A DNA stretch of 64,000 nucleotides, from the NCBI GenBank assembly GCA_051530055.1, contig CM121341.1, forward strand, positions 4,132,784 to 4,196,783, given 5' to 3'. The stretch is from Neoechinorhynchus agilis (taxonomy: Eukaryota > Animalia > Acanthocephala). The position numbers and the translations under genes were made by a program. A model generated the notes under the pieces. The model did not search any database and was not told the origin of the DNA. It saw nothing but the letters and a program-made list of their open reading frames with translations. Position 1 is the stretch's first letter. The number at the start of each line of letters is the position of its first letter. Shown in pieces: positions 23,831 through 36,379 of the stretch.

Positions 23831-24109
23831 AATAGTGGCGTGAATGATCTTACGCGTTATATAAATAAGGCAAACAAGATATTTGAATTGATCAATTTTT
23901 TAAATTTACGATTCAGTTAACATAGTTTTTTAACAAAAATATGGTTTTTCAGTTCAAGAATTTTGACAACAGCGTAGTTGCTTAAACGCAGGCCGATTAT
24001 TTTGGCAGTCAATGCAACTGCGTACCGATTATCTCGCTTCCTAGCGATCGCGATTAGCCGAGCACTTACTTAATTCTCTGAATGCGCGATACAATTACTT
24101 AAATGGTAG

Positions 24110-24260
24110 CCAGGTTATGCCTTTGGATTTTGTCTCGGTCCACACGAACGTCAACAATGAGGTAGCGTTACGAGCCCTCAAGACAGCGCTTGAATGAGAA
24201 CAAAGAGTACATAAATCTATTCCGAATGCTATCGACGGACGTGATTCCACTAGCAGTGTA
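24110..24260 (+). mobile_element. Penelope-like RT remnant
   Basis: LDFVSVHTNVNNEVALRALKTALE resembles the PLE SFDVxSLYTNVP..EAL motif. Confidence 0.45.
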
Positions 24261-24834
24261 TATTCTACAATTTTCCGTCGATCCCCTCGACGCTAGATAA
24301 ACCTTCCGATTATCTGCTGTTTCTCAATTTGTGTTCCGAGGCTAATCAGTTCATTGATTTCAAAATATATCGAAAATCGTGCCGTGAAAGGATAGTCATA
24401 TATCGAGATTCCCATCATTCTTGGCTAGTGAAATATGCAATTTATGCTGAGATACACAGGATAGCGCAAGTTTGCTCATGGCTGCTCCTTTTTCCATTCT
24501 GTCCAATCTTCTCGAGTATCATAAAATGAAATGAATCAGAGGAAAGACCAACCTTACAAGCGCTCCTGCAAATAATATCCGCCAATTCCCACGAGAACAG
24601 ACCTTCCAACTCGACCGGATATTCCCAATCGAACGGGCACATCTTCACCCGAACGAACCGTCCCCGATTGGATAGTTCCTACCCGAATAAACATTCCTCC
24701 GACCAGATATTACCGCCCGAACGGACATCCCCCGACTGCATATTCCCACATTTACGGATGAGGACCCAAAGGTACACGGGTCCTCCAAAATCTTTCTTTG
24801 TATCCATCGAGTTGTGTAATAAATTCCACCGCAA

Positions 24835-26640
24835 ATGGGAACAAATAACACCTTCGAGCATATTTTAAATCATATTCTTTACGCTATCGACCATTGTACT
24901 CTGCAGTGCAACCTTTTGCGTTCCAAAAGGAATCCCAGTAATAAACTCTTTGAATCTTACCTCCTGGAAAACGGTCCTGGTACTCCATTCCGAGAAATGC
25001 TGTCCAATTTGACCCGGCATTCAGGTGTTATACAAAATCCCCCAATAAATGAGCTTAATGCCTTCATTGGGTTTACTGGAGGAATGCAAACTTTTATCAA
25101 AAATCTTTAAGCCCTAAACATCGAATATCAATAAAAAATGAAATTTTTATGACTATGAATAATCCATTATATAGTCGAACTACCTCACATCAACCCTTAT
25201 TTTTAATTGGAAATATTTATATCCACCCTCGTCACATTTCGAAGTTTGTAAAACAATTCTATTCATTCATGTCATTCTGGAATTTAGATTTTATTATTGG
25301 TGACTTCGAATTATTTAGCCTCATTAAGGGCAGTATTTAAAAGCCATCAATTTCTTCTACCTCATTTCCCATCCTTCATAACTATTCTTTGAAAAGACAC
25401 TCATTCATAGATGGTGCTATAGTTAAAAATCAAGTCTCGTTAGATTTCTCTCCCATTGTACAAATTCAATCTCAATCGTTGTTAGGGCATGACTTGATAA
25501 TTTTTCACGTATCGGGTACCATCTTATTTTCATGGATTTGTTCGACATCGCGGAGTGCACTCACTTCTGCATGACTTGCACATACGCAATATTCCCACCC
25601 ACAAAAACAAGTTACTTTGGCAACTAGATCTGAATAAAGCATTCGATGCTTTAGATAGAAGCTTCTTATATAAAGTTTTATTTAAGTTTAAGGTTCCCTT
25701 GAACCTGATTTATAAGATTCAGCACTTTGTTGAATCAAAACAATATTATTATGGCGTAGATCCATCATGCACAAAATTATATTCTAGATTTGGCGTACCT
25801 CAACGCTCACCCATTTCTCCTACACTTTTTCTTAGTCACTATTTTTATTTTTAAAAGTATGGAACACTCACGAATTATTCATCCGCTGATTTATGCGGAT
25901 GACATTTTTTTATTCTGTTCTGCTAGGTTTAGATCGACATTGCTTGAAAAAATGACGCATTTTTTAAATGAACTATCTGTGAAATTAAAAGAAGCGAATT
26001 TGGTAATTAATTTAAAAAAATCATGCATCATTCCTTTGACTAAGTCACGTTTACCAAGGAAATCTCTGGCTACCCTATTAAATACGTCTCCGTTTTTTAA
26101 ATTTATGGCCATCAAAAAAAACACTCGGCTTTTGGGAGTTGACTTTCCTGTATTAAATAATAGATTCTTTATAAATACACATTTTAAGAATACAACGAAT
26201 AAAATTAAAGCGGCCACTATGAGATCTAAGCATTTGCTTATTAACGAGAAAACAGTTTACAGCATCCTTAAAACCATAATAGGAGGGTCCCTTTGTTTTT
26301 TCGAAAGAGGCCGTCCACCCGAATGTAGATAAAAATTTTTTTATCAAATTTCATGATAAACTGAAAAAGTTATTGGATAATTTGGAACTAGATTTTGCCC
26401 CTCTTAACTCTTTTTTCATTAAATTATTTCTTACAAAAATGTGGTTTTTTAATCCTGCACTTAGAAGTTGTAAGTATGTGAGGGTTGGGGTTTCCAAGAA
26501 TGGGCAAAACGAACAGATTTACCGATTAACAAAACTCACAAATGGAGGGATGGTGATATTTAGATGTTTATTGAATGGAATAGAGGAAAAAGATTATAAA
26601 AAATATATAATAAGCACAGGAATTTAAAAACAATGGCTGA
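24835..26640 (+). mobile_element. Decayed APE-RT LINE (same family as 61.2-64 kb), internally deleted
   Basis: APE: IGNIYIHP, FIIGDF, HSFIDGAIV, LLGHDLII. RT: QLDLNKAFD, GVPQRSPISP, LIYADD, then FFERGRPP. Confidence 0.85.
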
Positions 26641-26899
26641 TAAGCAGAGGCGGAGGGATCTGATCAATCCAACACTCAGCTCAAGTTGAAATCAGCCAGA
26701 TGTGAATATACAAGAACGAATAGGAACAGGATTTTAATGAACAAATTTCTTACTTAATTGTGAATGTACGAGGCGGCTTAATAAATAAATATTCGCAACT
26801 TCGCCCATAGGCCCATAATAAAAGTGGGTTGGCCATGTCCCTTCGAGTGCGGCTGAGCGCCTCAGATGTGTGTGTAAGTTAGCCGAAAGGCTCCCAATG

Positions 26900-27800
26900 G
26901 AATACAACCAAAAGACTCAAGGAAAAAGATGATGCCGTAAGACCAAAAAAACTGTGAGGCTATGTGATAAATAAATATTCGCAACTTAGCGTTGCAGCGG
27001 AGGGTGGCAAACGGCCACCCAGTTCTCTGAGGGTTCCTGTTCCTCCGGAGGTTCAGAGTAGTATTCTCGGAGACATAAAACCCAAACCCAACTCCCATAC
27101 ATCCCAGGACGATTCTTCTTTTTTGGAAGTCCCAACTAAGAGATGGAAACATACTGGCCATACAATCCGCTACTACCGAGGAAGGAGCTGTATCGAAGAT
27201 TCTTGGCTCCGTGGCTCAAAACGTTCAAGGGCGACGTTCATAGAATGTCCTCGACAACCAATTTCGGTGGGAAGTTCAGTTTTGTTTGTGGGCAGGCGTT
27301 TCGTCAAAGGATTTATAGAATTCACGATAAAAAATTACGATCTCTCCGGTGTTGTAATTACCAACTCCAGCTACCCGTCAACCTTTATGGTCTTTGGATT
27401 ATCCCCAGACATTGATGAAGTCGATAAACGGGAATTCGAGAAGTTCGGCGTCAAGATCCTATTTTTCCTGAAATCGGCCAGAGATAGGCAGCGTGGAGCG
27501 CAGGGACACTTTGACTTTGGAGAGCTGCTTTTTCAATTCTATGGAAGTCAAATTTATGGCTAATAATATTTCCAATTTCGACGATTATCACTTCCCGCGA
27601 TGAAACAGTTGTGCTACTGGGAGTAACGTTGTCCTACGAAGTTGACAAAATGTGCCTTCTGCGGGCTGGATCATCATAGTTCTAAATGCAGTAGGACTCG
27701 AAGATATTGTTCAAACTGTGATAGCGACGGCCATTGGTCACATTGAAAGAAATGTGACGCGTTCAAAAAATACATCGCCTGGGCACAAATTCAAGGCCGT
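26900..27800 (+). mobile_element. Decayed LINE ORF1 (gag-like) with CCHC knuckles
   Basis: CAFCGLDHHSSKC and CSNCDSDGHWSH.KKC at ~27650-27760; upstream part homologous to 31100-31660. Confidence 0.7.
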
Positions 27801-28329
27801 AAGGATGCTTCATCATCCGAGCCAAGGAATTTGACTCAGCCTTCAAGACCGTCTACAGAACTTCGCGTTTTCTCAACGTCTAGTCACACGCTGCGACCAA
27901 TGTGGAGCCATCCAGGGATAAGCCTCCTCAGTCAAGTCGAGAGGACCTCTTGGAAAAGAAGCTGAAGGAATTTTCGGACAAGGTGCTTCACATGGTCGAC
28001 CTCCGTATTTCTACCGCAATACAGCGATTGGAGCGCAGAATATCTGCCCGATTGGACTCGTTATGGAATCAATCACAACGAGACTGAATGTGGTTCCTCC
28101 TGGATCTGTCGTTGTAAGCGTGGTCGTTTCCGGTCACCTGAATGTCAGCAGAATGCCGTCGTAGAGATAGACAACTCTGAGGAACTCGTTCAGGACATTA
28201 TTGAAGAACAGACCCAGGTTTGTGGGCTGGGATGGAACTGAGAATCGTGCAGTGGAACTCTGGCGGGCTTCTAGGTATTAATCGCCTGTTATCGGAAGTA
28301 TAGGTGACATTATTTTCCTACAGGAAACT

Positions 28330-28960
28330 AAGTCATTGTACGAGGTAGACAATTTGCCTGATGATCTCAAAAGCCGGCTTAATGATTTTACCTCATTCTG
28401 TACGCCTCCATTCTCACAGAACTCTCAAGGCTTATTGTCGGTGTTAAAATCATGCCTCCGTCTGATTGTAACAACAGAGATTCTCTTAATGGTGAACTTA
28501 ACAGTCAAGATCCAAACATACAGTCAACAGTTAATGAAGAGAACATCAACGGTGAGGTCTCGTTCCTAGACGTCCTTGTCAAGCGGTCTGCACAAGGCAA
28601 AGTTAGCACGTCACTTTATCGTAAGGAGAATCTAGCATGGGGATCACCACATTGGTCATCTCAAAAACCGATGAGGCATAGAATCTCGGCTGTCATGTCC
28701 TATTTCCGAAGAGCTTTTCTTGTTTCCTCTACTCGATTTGCATGGAGTAAGGAGAGGATAGTACAGGAGCTGAAAATGAGGGGATATCCCAAATGGATTA
28801 TAGACGGGGAATCAGAGACTGCATTTGGGCCAATTGCCAGTGTTTTCAGAAGGGTAAATCAGTTCACACAGCCCCTGCCGACATTCACTCCAGTTTTAAT
28901 GATTCCAATTCACCCATCCGTGCTATCTTAGCCGCGGACTGATCTCGTGCTTTCGACGGT
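28330..28960 (+). mobile_element. Penelope-like RT remnant
   Basis: EENINGEVSFLDVLV...STSLYRK...HWSSQKP...YFRRAF...LKMRGYP. Confidence 0.85.
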
Positions 28961-28999
28961 CGTTCCAACGGTAACAAACTCCCAAAAACGTTGGACTGC

Positions 29000-29677
29000 C
29001 AACTAAGAACGATCAAAATTTAAAGAACCCAAAAAGATTAAAAAGTTTCCGTGGGATATTGAGATCATTACTTAAATGCATCCGTAAGGCTAAAATGGAG
29101 TAAAAAGAAAAAGATCGTGTCGATGGCAATGAAAAATGTTCAATGGAGTTCATTAATCAAGTTGAGATGCTTGAAATTCATGATGATAAAGAAAATAAGT
29201 CTCATATTTCACGATTATAAAAAAAAGAACAAGTGTCAGTCGAGAACGCTGACAAATATTCAAAGTTTTAAACAGTGGAGTTGGATTTAAAGTGCTTGGC
29301 AGCATAACTCCCGTGATAAATTATCTTACAACTCGGAGAATCCGTTGATTTCACTAATTATAGCCATAAGGCAGAACATTTTCAAAAAGAAATTAAATCG
29401 GAAAAACCGAGGTCTCCAATAATTTCAAAATATTACTCACGTGCTTTGAGGCGCTGAGACGCCGTTATGAACGTAAAGAATTTTCCCCCATCGCCAAAGT
29501 CGCTCGATTCAACGGAGAACAAAACAGAACGACGCGAGGAACGCGGATGCAGCGCAATAGAAAGCGGACGGCGATTTGGAAGATACGAAAAAACGACAGA
29601 ATTCAGATCCGTTTAATTATTCGGCGGTCGTTTAAATTTTTTAGTTGTCATTTTTTAATCGAACAACAAATTCGGGA
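29000..29677 (+). repeat. ~680-bp dispersed repeat; inverted copies at 33305-33988 and ~46480-47165
   Basis: caactaagaacgatcaaaatttaaagaaccc... is the reverse complement of ...gggttctttaaattttgatcgttcttagttg at ~33960-33988; match continues through ~29677. Confidence 0.9.
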
Positions 29678-30039
29678 AAATTAGGCATGAAGACTGCTTG
29701 CTCGAAGTCTTTTTAAATTCCCAGCGATTTTATTCGTTTTCGTTGGTGTTATGTAAAAAAAGTTCATTATTGAACCGACGGACAGTTTTAGATTTCTTTG
29801 AAACATAAAAATCTTTTTTTTCAATTAGAAGAATTGATTGGTGCCGTAAATAGAAACGTTAAAACCCATTGCGTTTATTCGCAAAGGACAAAAAATAGAA
29901 AATGAACTTCAAACTCTGCCTCGGTGGCTAAGGAGGGACTGAGGATGGTAGCACACGACCACCTAACTATATTCGTATACCTATGGCTCAAGAGGTACGA
30001 GAACAATTGCTCTCCAATCTTTGCTCCCTAGTCGATATC

Positions 30040-31070
30040 AACAAAGCAAATTATGACCGTCCAGGAGGGGAGTCTCAATTTGTCTATCGCCTACGACCTT
30101 TCGACTTGAGTCCTCCTTGCTCCAAATTGACTCCATGATGGAGCTCATAAACTCTACAAGTGATTAACTGGTCATCTATGATCAAATTGTGTCTCCCAGG
30201 ACTACTCCAGTACTCGTAACCTCCTTCCTAAACTAGATAAAATTTCACTCAATTCATCTACCTCAAAAGCCGACGTAGTCATCTTAATAGAAACGTGGCT
30301 TACCCCTTCAACAGCGATTCAGCCATCCTTCCCGGGTACTCTTCCTTCCATACCACGATGACCGTCAAGGAGGGGGGTCTCAGTTTACGTACGGCAATCG
30401 TTACCTTACTCTTTATCTATCACAGGCTCTCTTCAAAACTTCGATATAGAATTCATCGCAGTCCATTTCATAGCTCCTCTGAGAAACGACCTCAGAGAAT
30501 TCACCATTGCTGGCGTCTATCGCCCTCCGACCTCTCGACTTGAGTCCTCCTTGCTCCAAATTGACTCCATGATGGAGCTCATAAACACCACAAGTGATTA
30601 ACTGGTCATGTATGATCAAATTGTGTCTCCTAGGACTACTCCAGTACTCGTAGCCTCCTTCCTAAACTAGATAAAATTTCACTCAATTCATCTACCTCAA
30701 AAGCCGACGTAGTCATCTTAACAGAAACGTGGCTTACCATCTTCAACAGCGATTCAGCCATCCTTCCCGGGTACTCTTCCTTCCATACAACGATAACCGT
30801 CCAGGAGGGGGGGTCTCAGTTTACGTACGGCAATCGTTACCTTACTCTTTATCTATCACAGGCGCTCTTCAAAACTTCGATATAGAATTCATCGCAGTCC
30901 ATTTCATAGCTCCTCTGAGAATCGACCTCAGAGAATTCACCATTGCTGGCGTCTATCGTCCTCCGACCTCTCGACTTGAGTCCTCCTTGCTCCAAATTGA
31001 CTCCATGATGGAGCTCATAAAACTCTACAAGTGATTAACTGGTCATGTATGATCAAATTGTGTCTCCCTG
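30040..31070 (+). mobile_element. Tandemly repeated (~435 bp, ~2.3 copies) 5' half of a LINE apurinic endonuclease (CR1/L2-like)
   Basis: RSLLPKLDKI...DVVILTETWL...GGGVSVYV...IAGVYRPP; units restart at ~30197 and ~30630. Confidence 0.85.
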
Positions 31071-31099
31071 GACAAGATCTTTCAAAAACCACGGTATAA

Positions 31100-31660
31100 A
31101 AAGGATTGACCATTAAAATCTACTATTTGTGCACAATGGGAATACATTTAACAGCCAGCAATTGGATGATGACACATCTCGTCAATTTCTCCAAAGCCAT
31201 TTCTCAAGCTTATTGTTCCGATCCGACTCCCGTCTCATCGGACAAGACACAACCCAATTCAAATGGCGATTGTTGCTACATCGATCGTCTTACCAAGAGA
31301 TGGCCACATGTGGCCTTCATCGATTCAAAACCCATTCTGCCACGAGAAAGCTTGCACTCGCGAGTCCTATCTCCATGGCTCAAAACAATCAAAGTTAATC
31401 GTGAGAGAGTTCGGTAGATCTCATACTATAGCGGAAAGCTAAAAATACACTTTGTCGATAAAAATCACCTTGAGCAGTTTAAGGAGTTCGCCGTCAGGAA
31501 CTTCGATATGACAGGAATCTCCCTATCGATCGGAAATTATGATTCGACGCTCATTGTCTCAGGATTGTTTCCTCATGTCAATACAGCTGATCGTAAGGAG
31601 TTCGAAAACAAATTCAACCGTCAAATATTATTTGGGCCGTCGTCGTGGGCACTCTTCGTG
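31100..31660 (+). mobile_element. Decayed LINE ORF1-like remnant, paralog of 26900-27560
   Basis: TKRWPH...PILPRESLHSRVLSPWLKT / FKEFAVRNFDMTG...DRKEFE aligns with TKRWKH...PLLPRKELYRRFLAPWLKT / FIEFTIKNYDLSG...DKREFE. Confidence 0.65.
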
Positions 31661-31829
31661 ACCGGAGATTGTTTCCGCTCCTCATAATTCACGTTCCTCT
31701 TTGGTGCTTCTTCAAGTAACTCAGTAGTCGTATTCTGGATCTGATTATTCTAGGGCAGTGTGGACATGGGAATTGCCCTGGTTCCTCTGGGATTGCCCGG
31801 AGCATTTCTTTCCTTCTTCTCTTGTCTTC

Positions 31830-32450
31830 TCACTCCTGTCTTGGTCCCATTTCGAAGATCTTTCGTCCACGGTGAATTGCAACTCTCCAATTCGAGCGTT
31901 GCTCTGCTAGTGTTTCCCATGTGTCGATGTTGATCTCAAAATGCTTAAGGGCCTTCTTCAATTGATCCTTATAGCGCTTTTTAGGACCTCCGAGAGGACG
32001 CCGACCTTCTAGTTCCCCGTACAGCAGGATCTTTGGAAGTCTGTCCGAGTGCATCCTCCTGACATGTCCCGTCCATCGTAATTGATGGTGAAGGATTTCT
32101 GTCCCCATTCCAAGTTTTCCCGAGCGACATAGTACTTCGTTATTGGTTCTTCTGTCCTCCCATTTGATGCCAAGGATGGATCTCAGTTTCGATTGATGGA
32201 ATCATTCGAGCTTCTTGAAATCTGATCAATACAGATTCCATGTCTCGCAGCCGTCGGTAGACCAGCATTTTGTTTCTACTTTGATGTCCTTGTAGTTGAA
32301 GACCCTTCGATAGAGCGTTCCGTATGCAAGGCTTGCTGCTCTAATTCGGCCCAGGACTTCGGCTTGAATTGTAGCATCGATGGTATGGACTTCTCCAAGA
32401 TACACGAATTGGTCCACTTGTTCGACCTCCTCTCCGTGTATTTGAATCTT
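31830..32450 (-). mobile_element. RTE (BovB-like) LINE 3' remnant
   Basis: DQFVYLG...GCETW...HQLRWTGHVRRMHSDRLPKILLYGEL.GRRPLGGPKKRYKD.LK. Confidence 0.88.
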
Positions 32451-32575
32451 GCACAGTACATTATGGTGATTTCATTCGCTAATACATTTTGTACACACAT
32501 ATTTTGATGCTACACTTTCGGTGAGAATAATCCCGGTCATTACATATTTTATTTATTTGAAATAACTGTGGAACA

Positions 32576-32614
32576 ATGACTGAAGAAGCGAGGATACCTC
32601 GCGAAATATTTCGA
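32576..32614 (+). ncRNA. Minimal type I hammerhead motif (identical copy at 45752-45790)
   Basis: ATGA-CTGAAGA-A-GCGAGG(ATA)CCTCGC-GAAA-TA-TT-TCG: intact core, 6-bp stem II, palindromic stem III (AUAU); stem I only ~3 bp. Confidence 0.6.
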
Positions 32615-34044
32615 ATGAATAAAATATGTAATGACCAGGATTATTCTCACCGAAAGTGTAATTTTATTATCCCGAAGGACTTTCTATCGATGATATTTTG
32701 ATGCGTTCAATATTATCGAAGTCCCGAAAAAACTAGTTCTCCCGATTATTTAGAGCAAAATTATTTTGAACATTTGAATCTATTAATGCACTCAAGTCTA
32801 CAAAAGCTGAACCATTGATTTTCTTTGCTCAAAACTTATGCGATTGTTTACTATTTCCAACAAAATTTAAAACAATCGAATGCCCAATCGAAGGATTAGT
32901 GAAGTACGCAGATTTGTTGGATTTAAGTGCAAAAAGGTAAAAGTTTAACACGTTCAAAACGAGGATTATGTTGTTCTTTTTACGTTTTTGAAACCCAAGA
33001 ACCTCCAACGTTAATCCGGTTTCAGTGCATAAAATGGTCGCGGTTGACAGTCTCAATCGATTCATCTGATTGAAAATCAATTTTCGTTTAGCTGCGATTT
33101 ACGTGGGAGTTATGAACTGAGTTAAGTGAGGCAAACGATACAGATTTAAAAATCGATTGTAAATTTCTATTCGAAAAAACTTGGAATTGTCCTTCGGCTC
33201 AATGTTGAACTTCTGGTTCGTTTTCTATGTAACACTTTAGAAAACCAAAAAAAAATCGCTGTTAACTTGAAAAACTCCGACAAAGACGACTACATGGCAA
33301 CCGTTCCCGAATTTGTTGTTCGATTAAAAAAATGACAACTAAAAAATTTAAACAACCGCCGAATAATTAAACGGACCTGAATTCTGTCGTTTTTTCGTAT
33401 CTTCCAAATCGCCGTCCGCTTTCTATTGCGCTGCATCCGCGTTCCCTCGCGTCGTTCTGTTTTGTTCTCCGTTGAATCGAGCGACTTTGGCGATCGTGGA
33501 AAATTACTTACGTTCGTTCCCGCGACGGCGTCTCAGCGCCTCAAAGCACGTGAGTAATATTTTGAAATTATTGGAGACATCGGTTTTTCCGATTTAATTT
33601 CTTTTTGAAAATGTTCTGCCTTATGGCTATAATTAGTGAAATCAACGGATTCTCCGAGTTGTAAGATAATTTATCACGGGAGTTATGCTGCCAAGCACTT
33701 TAAATCCAACTCCACTGTTTAAAACTTTGAATATTTGTCAGCGTTCTCGACTGACACTTGTTCTTTTTTTTATAATCGTGAAATATGAGACTTATTTTCT
33801 TTATCATCATGAATTTCAAGCATCTCAACTTGATTAATGAACTCCATTGAACATTTTTCATTGCCATCGACACGATCTTTTTCCTTTTACTCCATTTTAG
33901 CCTTACGGATGCATTTGAGTAATGATCTCAATATCCCACGGAAACTTTAATCTTTTTGGGTTCTTTAAATTTTGATCGTTCTTAGTTGTTCGTAAACAAA
34001 ATAATTCTCGCGTAGTTAAAAGAAAAGCAACCGAGAAAAACCAA

Positions 34045-35265
34045 CTAACTCAGTAAATGTTCACCCAATCTGTCAGCATAACCGTGATCAATGAAAGTGT
34101 TTGGAAGATAAGGCACGAAATGTTCCCAATAGGAACGGAATCTTGCGTGCACCACCGGTCGGAGTTGTGTCTCGCCTGTCACACCACTCGTTCGCCTATA
34201 TTTCACTTCATGCCCAATGGCCTGCGCCACCAGCGATGCCAGCTGGGGGCTTCCTTGTCCCAGTGAAGTAGCCGGTACCCAGCGGCGCTCAAATTTATCT
34301 GGCTCCGGCACATTTATTCCTGCAAAAATCAAGTACGCTGAAGAGTACTGTGGAACTGCAAAGCCCACCATGGCGGAAAGATGCCATGGCAGGTAGGCAT
34401 TCCAGTTACCCGAATCAACTGCCTGCTGAGCTACAGTCCGCAATGATCGCAAAAGATGGAGTCCGGGGAGGGCGTTTTCCCAACCAGCCCGCTTGCAAAG
34501 CTCTGAGGCAATCCGCGGAACAACGTTCCCTTGGGAACAGTTGTAATCTCTCAGCAGCAACGGATTCAAGAATCTCTCCCCCATTCCCAGTGTGATGTGG
34601 AGGTACCCGCTGCACTGGGCTGCCTCCGCGTAGGCTGATGAGATGAGGATGTGCCGGAGCACAGACCTTCAAAAGTCTAGCTTCGGCTTCAGCGCAATCG
34701 GTTAACCATCTCCTGCCCTAGCAAAGGCCACATCTAGTGCCACATTGAGCTCAGGAGCAATAACTCTCATTGAAGCTGCTCTCATAATCATCCTTATACA
34801 GTCTTTCCTACCTGCATAAAGGCGGGGTTGCTGGTAAAATCCATGAACATGTTTCTCGAAGGTATATACAGGTCTTCCCTCGGATAGACTCTTTTATTGG
34901 TACCTACTCCCAGACCCTCTATGAACACAAGTTCGTTAGAAGAGAAGCCTGCGTCTAAAACATGCCAAAGGTGAATGACCCTCCCGGGCAGGTCGTCGTC
35001 CAGAAACAGCCTAAGATGGTCTGTTAGTGTAGCCGGCGACAAAGCCAATAGAATATTGTAGGACTCAAAGAAGGTATTCACATACTGTTCACCCTCCTTT
35101 AAATGACATTCTCGAAGTTTGGTCCACAAATCCGAAATTGGGTTCGGCTAACGGCTACCCCGGGACGAAAATTTTCACCTTGCCTCCTAGGGACTGCATA
35201 ATCCTCCTTGCAAAGGCTATGCTATGCTGTTCGCCATACGCGTGGAGGGATATATTTGTTTCTAG
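34045..35265 (-). pseudogene. Decayed non-host ORF (~400 codons), candidate endogenous viral element (possible negative-strand RNA virus nucleoprotein)
   Basis: ORFs 35129-34794 and 34662-34045 join through one frameshift and two stops. Visibly more GC-rich than the flanks and intronless. YLPWHLSAMVGFA...FAGINVPE loosely resembles the Mononegavirales N core (recalled, not searched). Confidence 0.4.
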
Positions 35266-35279
35266 ACGCATTTTCTTAG

Positions 35280-36320
35280 TCAAAAATATCAGGAAGGCTA
35301 TTGTTGAACCAAAGGATGTTCGTCCAATCTCGCTGCAAAATCCTCTAGTTAGCATGTATGAACGCGCCCTTGCAAATAGGTTGAGATCTTTCATTAATGA
35401 ACATAATTGCATCTCTCCGAACTGTCATGGCTTTCTAAAAGGGAAATCAGTTCATTCTGCCCTTACAGAGGTTTACTCCAATTTTTCCTGCTCTAACCAG
35501 CCCATGCGACCCATTCATGCCGTGAACATTTCTCAAGCTTTTGATAAGATTTCCCTTTCTTTTATTATTGAAATGCTTGAATTTTTCAGTCTACCTCACA
35601 ATTTAATTACATCCTTTACTACGAAGACGACGCCTCAAAGACGATTTACTACCCGTCCAATGGTGTTCCGCAGGGGTCGCCTCTGTCACCTATTCTCTTC
35701 CTTATGGCATCACAATACTTGATTCAGAATTTTAAAGTTCGGGCCTCGCTCACCTGCTACGCGGATTATTTTACTTTTGTCATCTTTACCCACAGAGCAG
35801 CTGGAATGAAACTCCTGATTGAACAATGTATTTATTTTCTTAAGTCCTTTTTACCTAAAATGAACTTATCGTTGAATAAGTCGAAATGTTTATGCATTTT
35901 TAAAGTTCGCTCAAGCAGAATTAGGAAAGATTTAAAATCCTTTTTCAACAATTTAATGAACAACCCTGGCACATCTTCTTCAGGTTTTAGGAATACACCC
36001 CTTAAGATTGAAATATTGTTTCACACCTTTACTGCTGATCTCTCGCCTAGATTAGATTTGAATAAAATGAAAAATGCTCACTTTAGCATCGAAAAAGACG
36101 AAGCGCGCCGTTACTCTCGGGTTAAACGCTAATCAATGCCAAACTATTTACAGAAGCTGGAGCATTCCTGGCCTGGTCTTTTTTCTCGAGGTCGCCCCCC
36201 GGAACAAAAGGCTTTAATCATCAAAACGTTCTGCGATAACCTTAATACCCTGTCTTTCTCCTGGGCCGGAGAATTGAAGATCTTCTGCAACAGTAGACTT
36301 ATGAGATGGTCTAGTTGAAC
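35280..36320 (+). mobile_element. LINE RT fragment (same family as 61.2-64 kb)
   Basis: EPKDVRPISLQNP, HGFLKGKSVHSAL, NISQAFD, GVPQGSPLSPILF, CYAD, FFSRGRPP. Confidence 0.88.
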
Positions 36321-36379
36321 GATACAGATTAGTTTCTTGTTTTGGTTTTTCTTCTCATACTGCCACATGATGAATAAAT

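Larger units (their letters stand above)
32456..36074 (+). repeat. Segmental duplication copy A (~3.6 kb); copy B at 45692-49233
   Basis: Near-identical from gtacattatggtgatttcattcgc to aataaaatgaaaaa in both places. Confidence 0.97.
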
